Position numbers and translations under genes: made by a program. A stretch of 37,074 nucleotides of DNA, from positions 1 through 37,074 of the forward strand of contig JAHQWE010000135.1 in assembly GCA_019633985.1 (NCBI GenBank). The letters are read 5' to 3'. This document shows positions 37,007 to 37,074 of the stretch, one piece after another (position 1 is the first letter of the stretch; each line of letters begins with the position of its first letter). Under the pieces are notes generated by a model. That model made no database searches, was not told the DNA's origin, and saw only the letters and a list, made by a program, of their open reading frames with translations. This DNA is from Acidiferrobacterales bacterium. Lineage in GTDB: Bacteria; Pseudomonadota; Gammaproteobacteria; Arenicellales; Poriferihabitantaceae.

Positions 37007-37074
37007 AGTTAACTCCTGAAATTGGTTCTAGTGACGCACCAACGGAAATTTTCCGAACTCCCCTGTACGTTGAG

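Noticed and set aside
1-37074. CRISPR arrays, integrases, transposases, IS elements, phage genes
   Set aside because: No direct-repeat/spacer periodicity and no recombinase or transposase-like translations in any frame. The only island hint is the tRNA-like element.

Overview
This 37 kb window is a chromosomal segment that looks like a marine-type gammaproteobacterium, with no mobile elements or CRISPR. The organism guess is an inference from gene content: NhaA, betaine ABC transport, non-Pyl MttB, and an SBP56/mtoX cluster. Gene density is high on both strands.

From start to end the window contains:
- An AT-rich non-coding edge (1-433).
- A minus-strand slipin(SPFH)-rtcB-small basic ORF module, lying 3' of a degenerate tRNA-like (CAU) sequence.
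- Two OmpA-family envelope proteins, one carrying a TSP3 repeat and one fused to a YceI-like domain.
- A quaternary-amine (betaine-type) catabolic/transport island: a non-pyrrolysine MttB-family methyltransferase, a D-2-hydroxyacid dehydrogenase, two Rieske oxygenase alpha subunits, an MBL hydrolase, an HpbD-like MR/MLE enolase-superfamily enzyme, proXWV and, further on, a Zn-dependent homocysteine S-methyltransferase.
- A secreted caspase (C14) protein with a C-terminal CXXCH...Met cytochrome-c-like tail.
- A fused membrane/spermidine-synthase-like protein and an NnrU-like protein.
- A two-component operon whose histidine kinase carries a plant-type ethylene-binding domain (ETR1-like) plus PAS, paired with a FixJ-type regulator and followed by three uncharacterised ORFs. 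Two of those ORFs are paralogous and in-frame across a single TAA.
- nhaA, a small wHTH regulator, a CNNM/CBS transporter and an SDR.
- A periplasmic sulfur/copper operon: rhodanese, SBP56 (MtoX-like methanethiol oxidase), an SCO1-MauG(di-heme) fusion and SCO1.

Several perfect palindromes or hairpins sit in intergenic regions; two of them share a TGTAACC half-site. All functional assignments come from motif and family recognition by eye. No searches were run.
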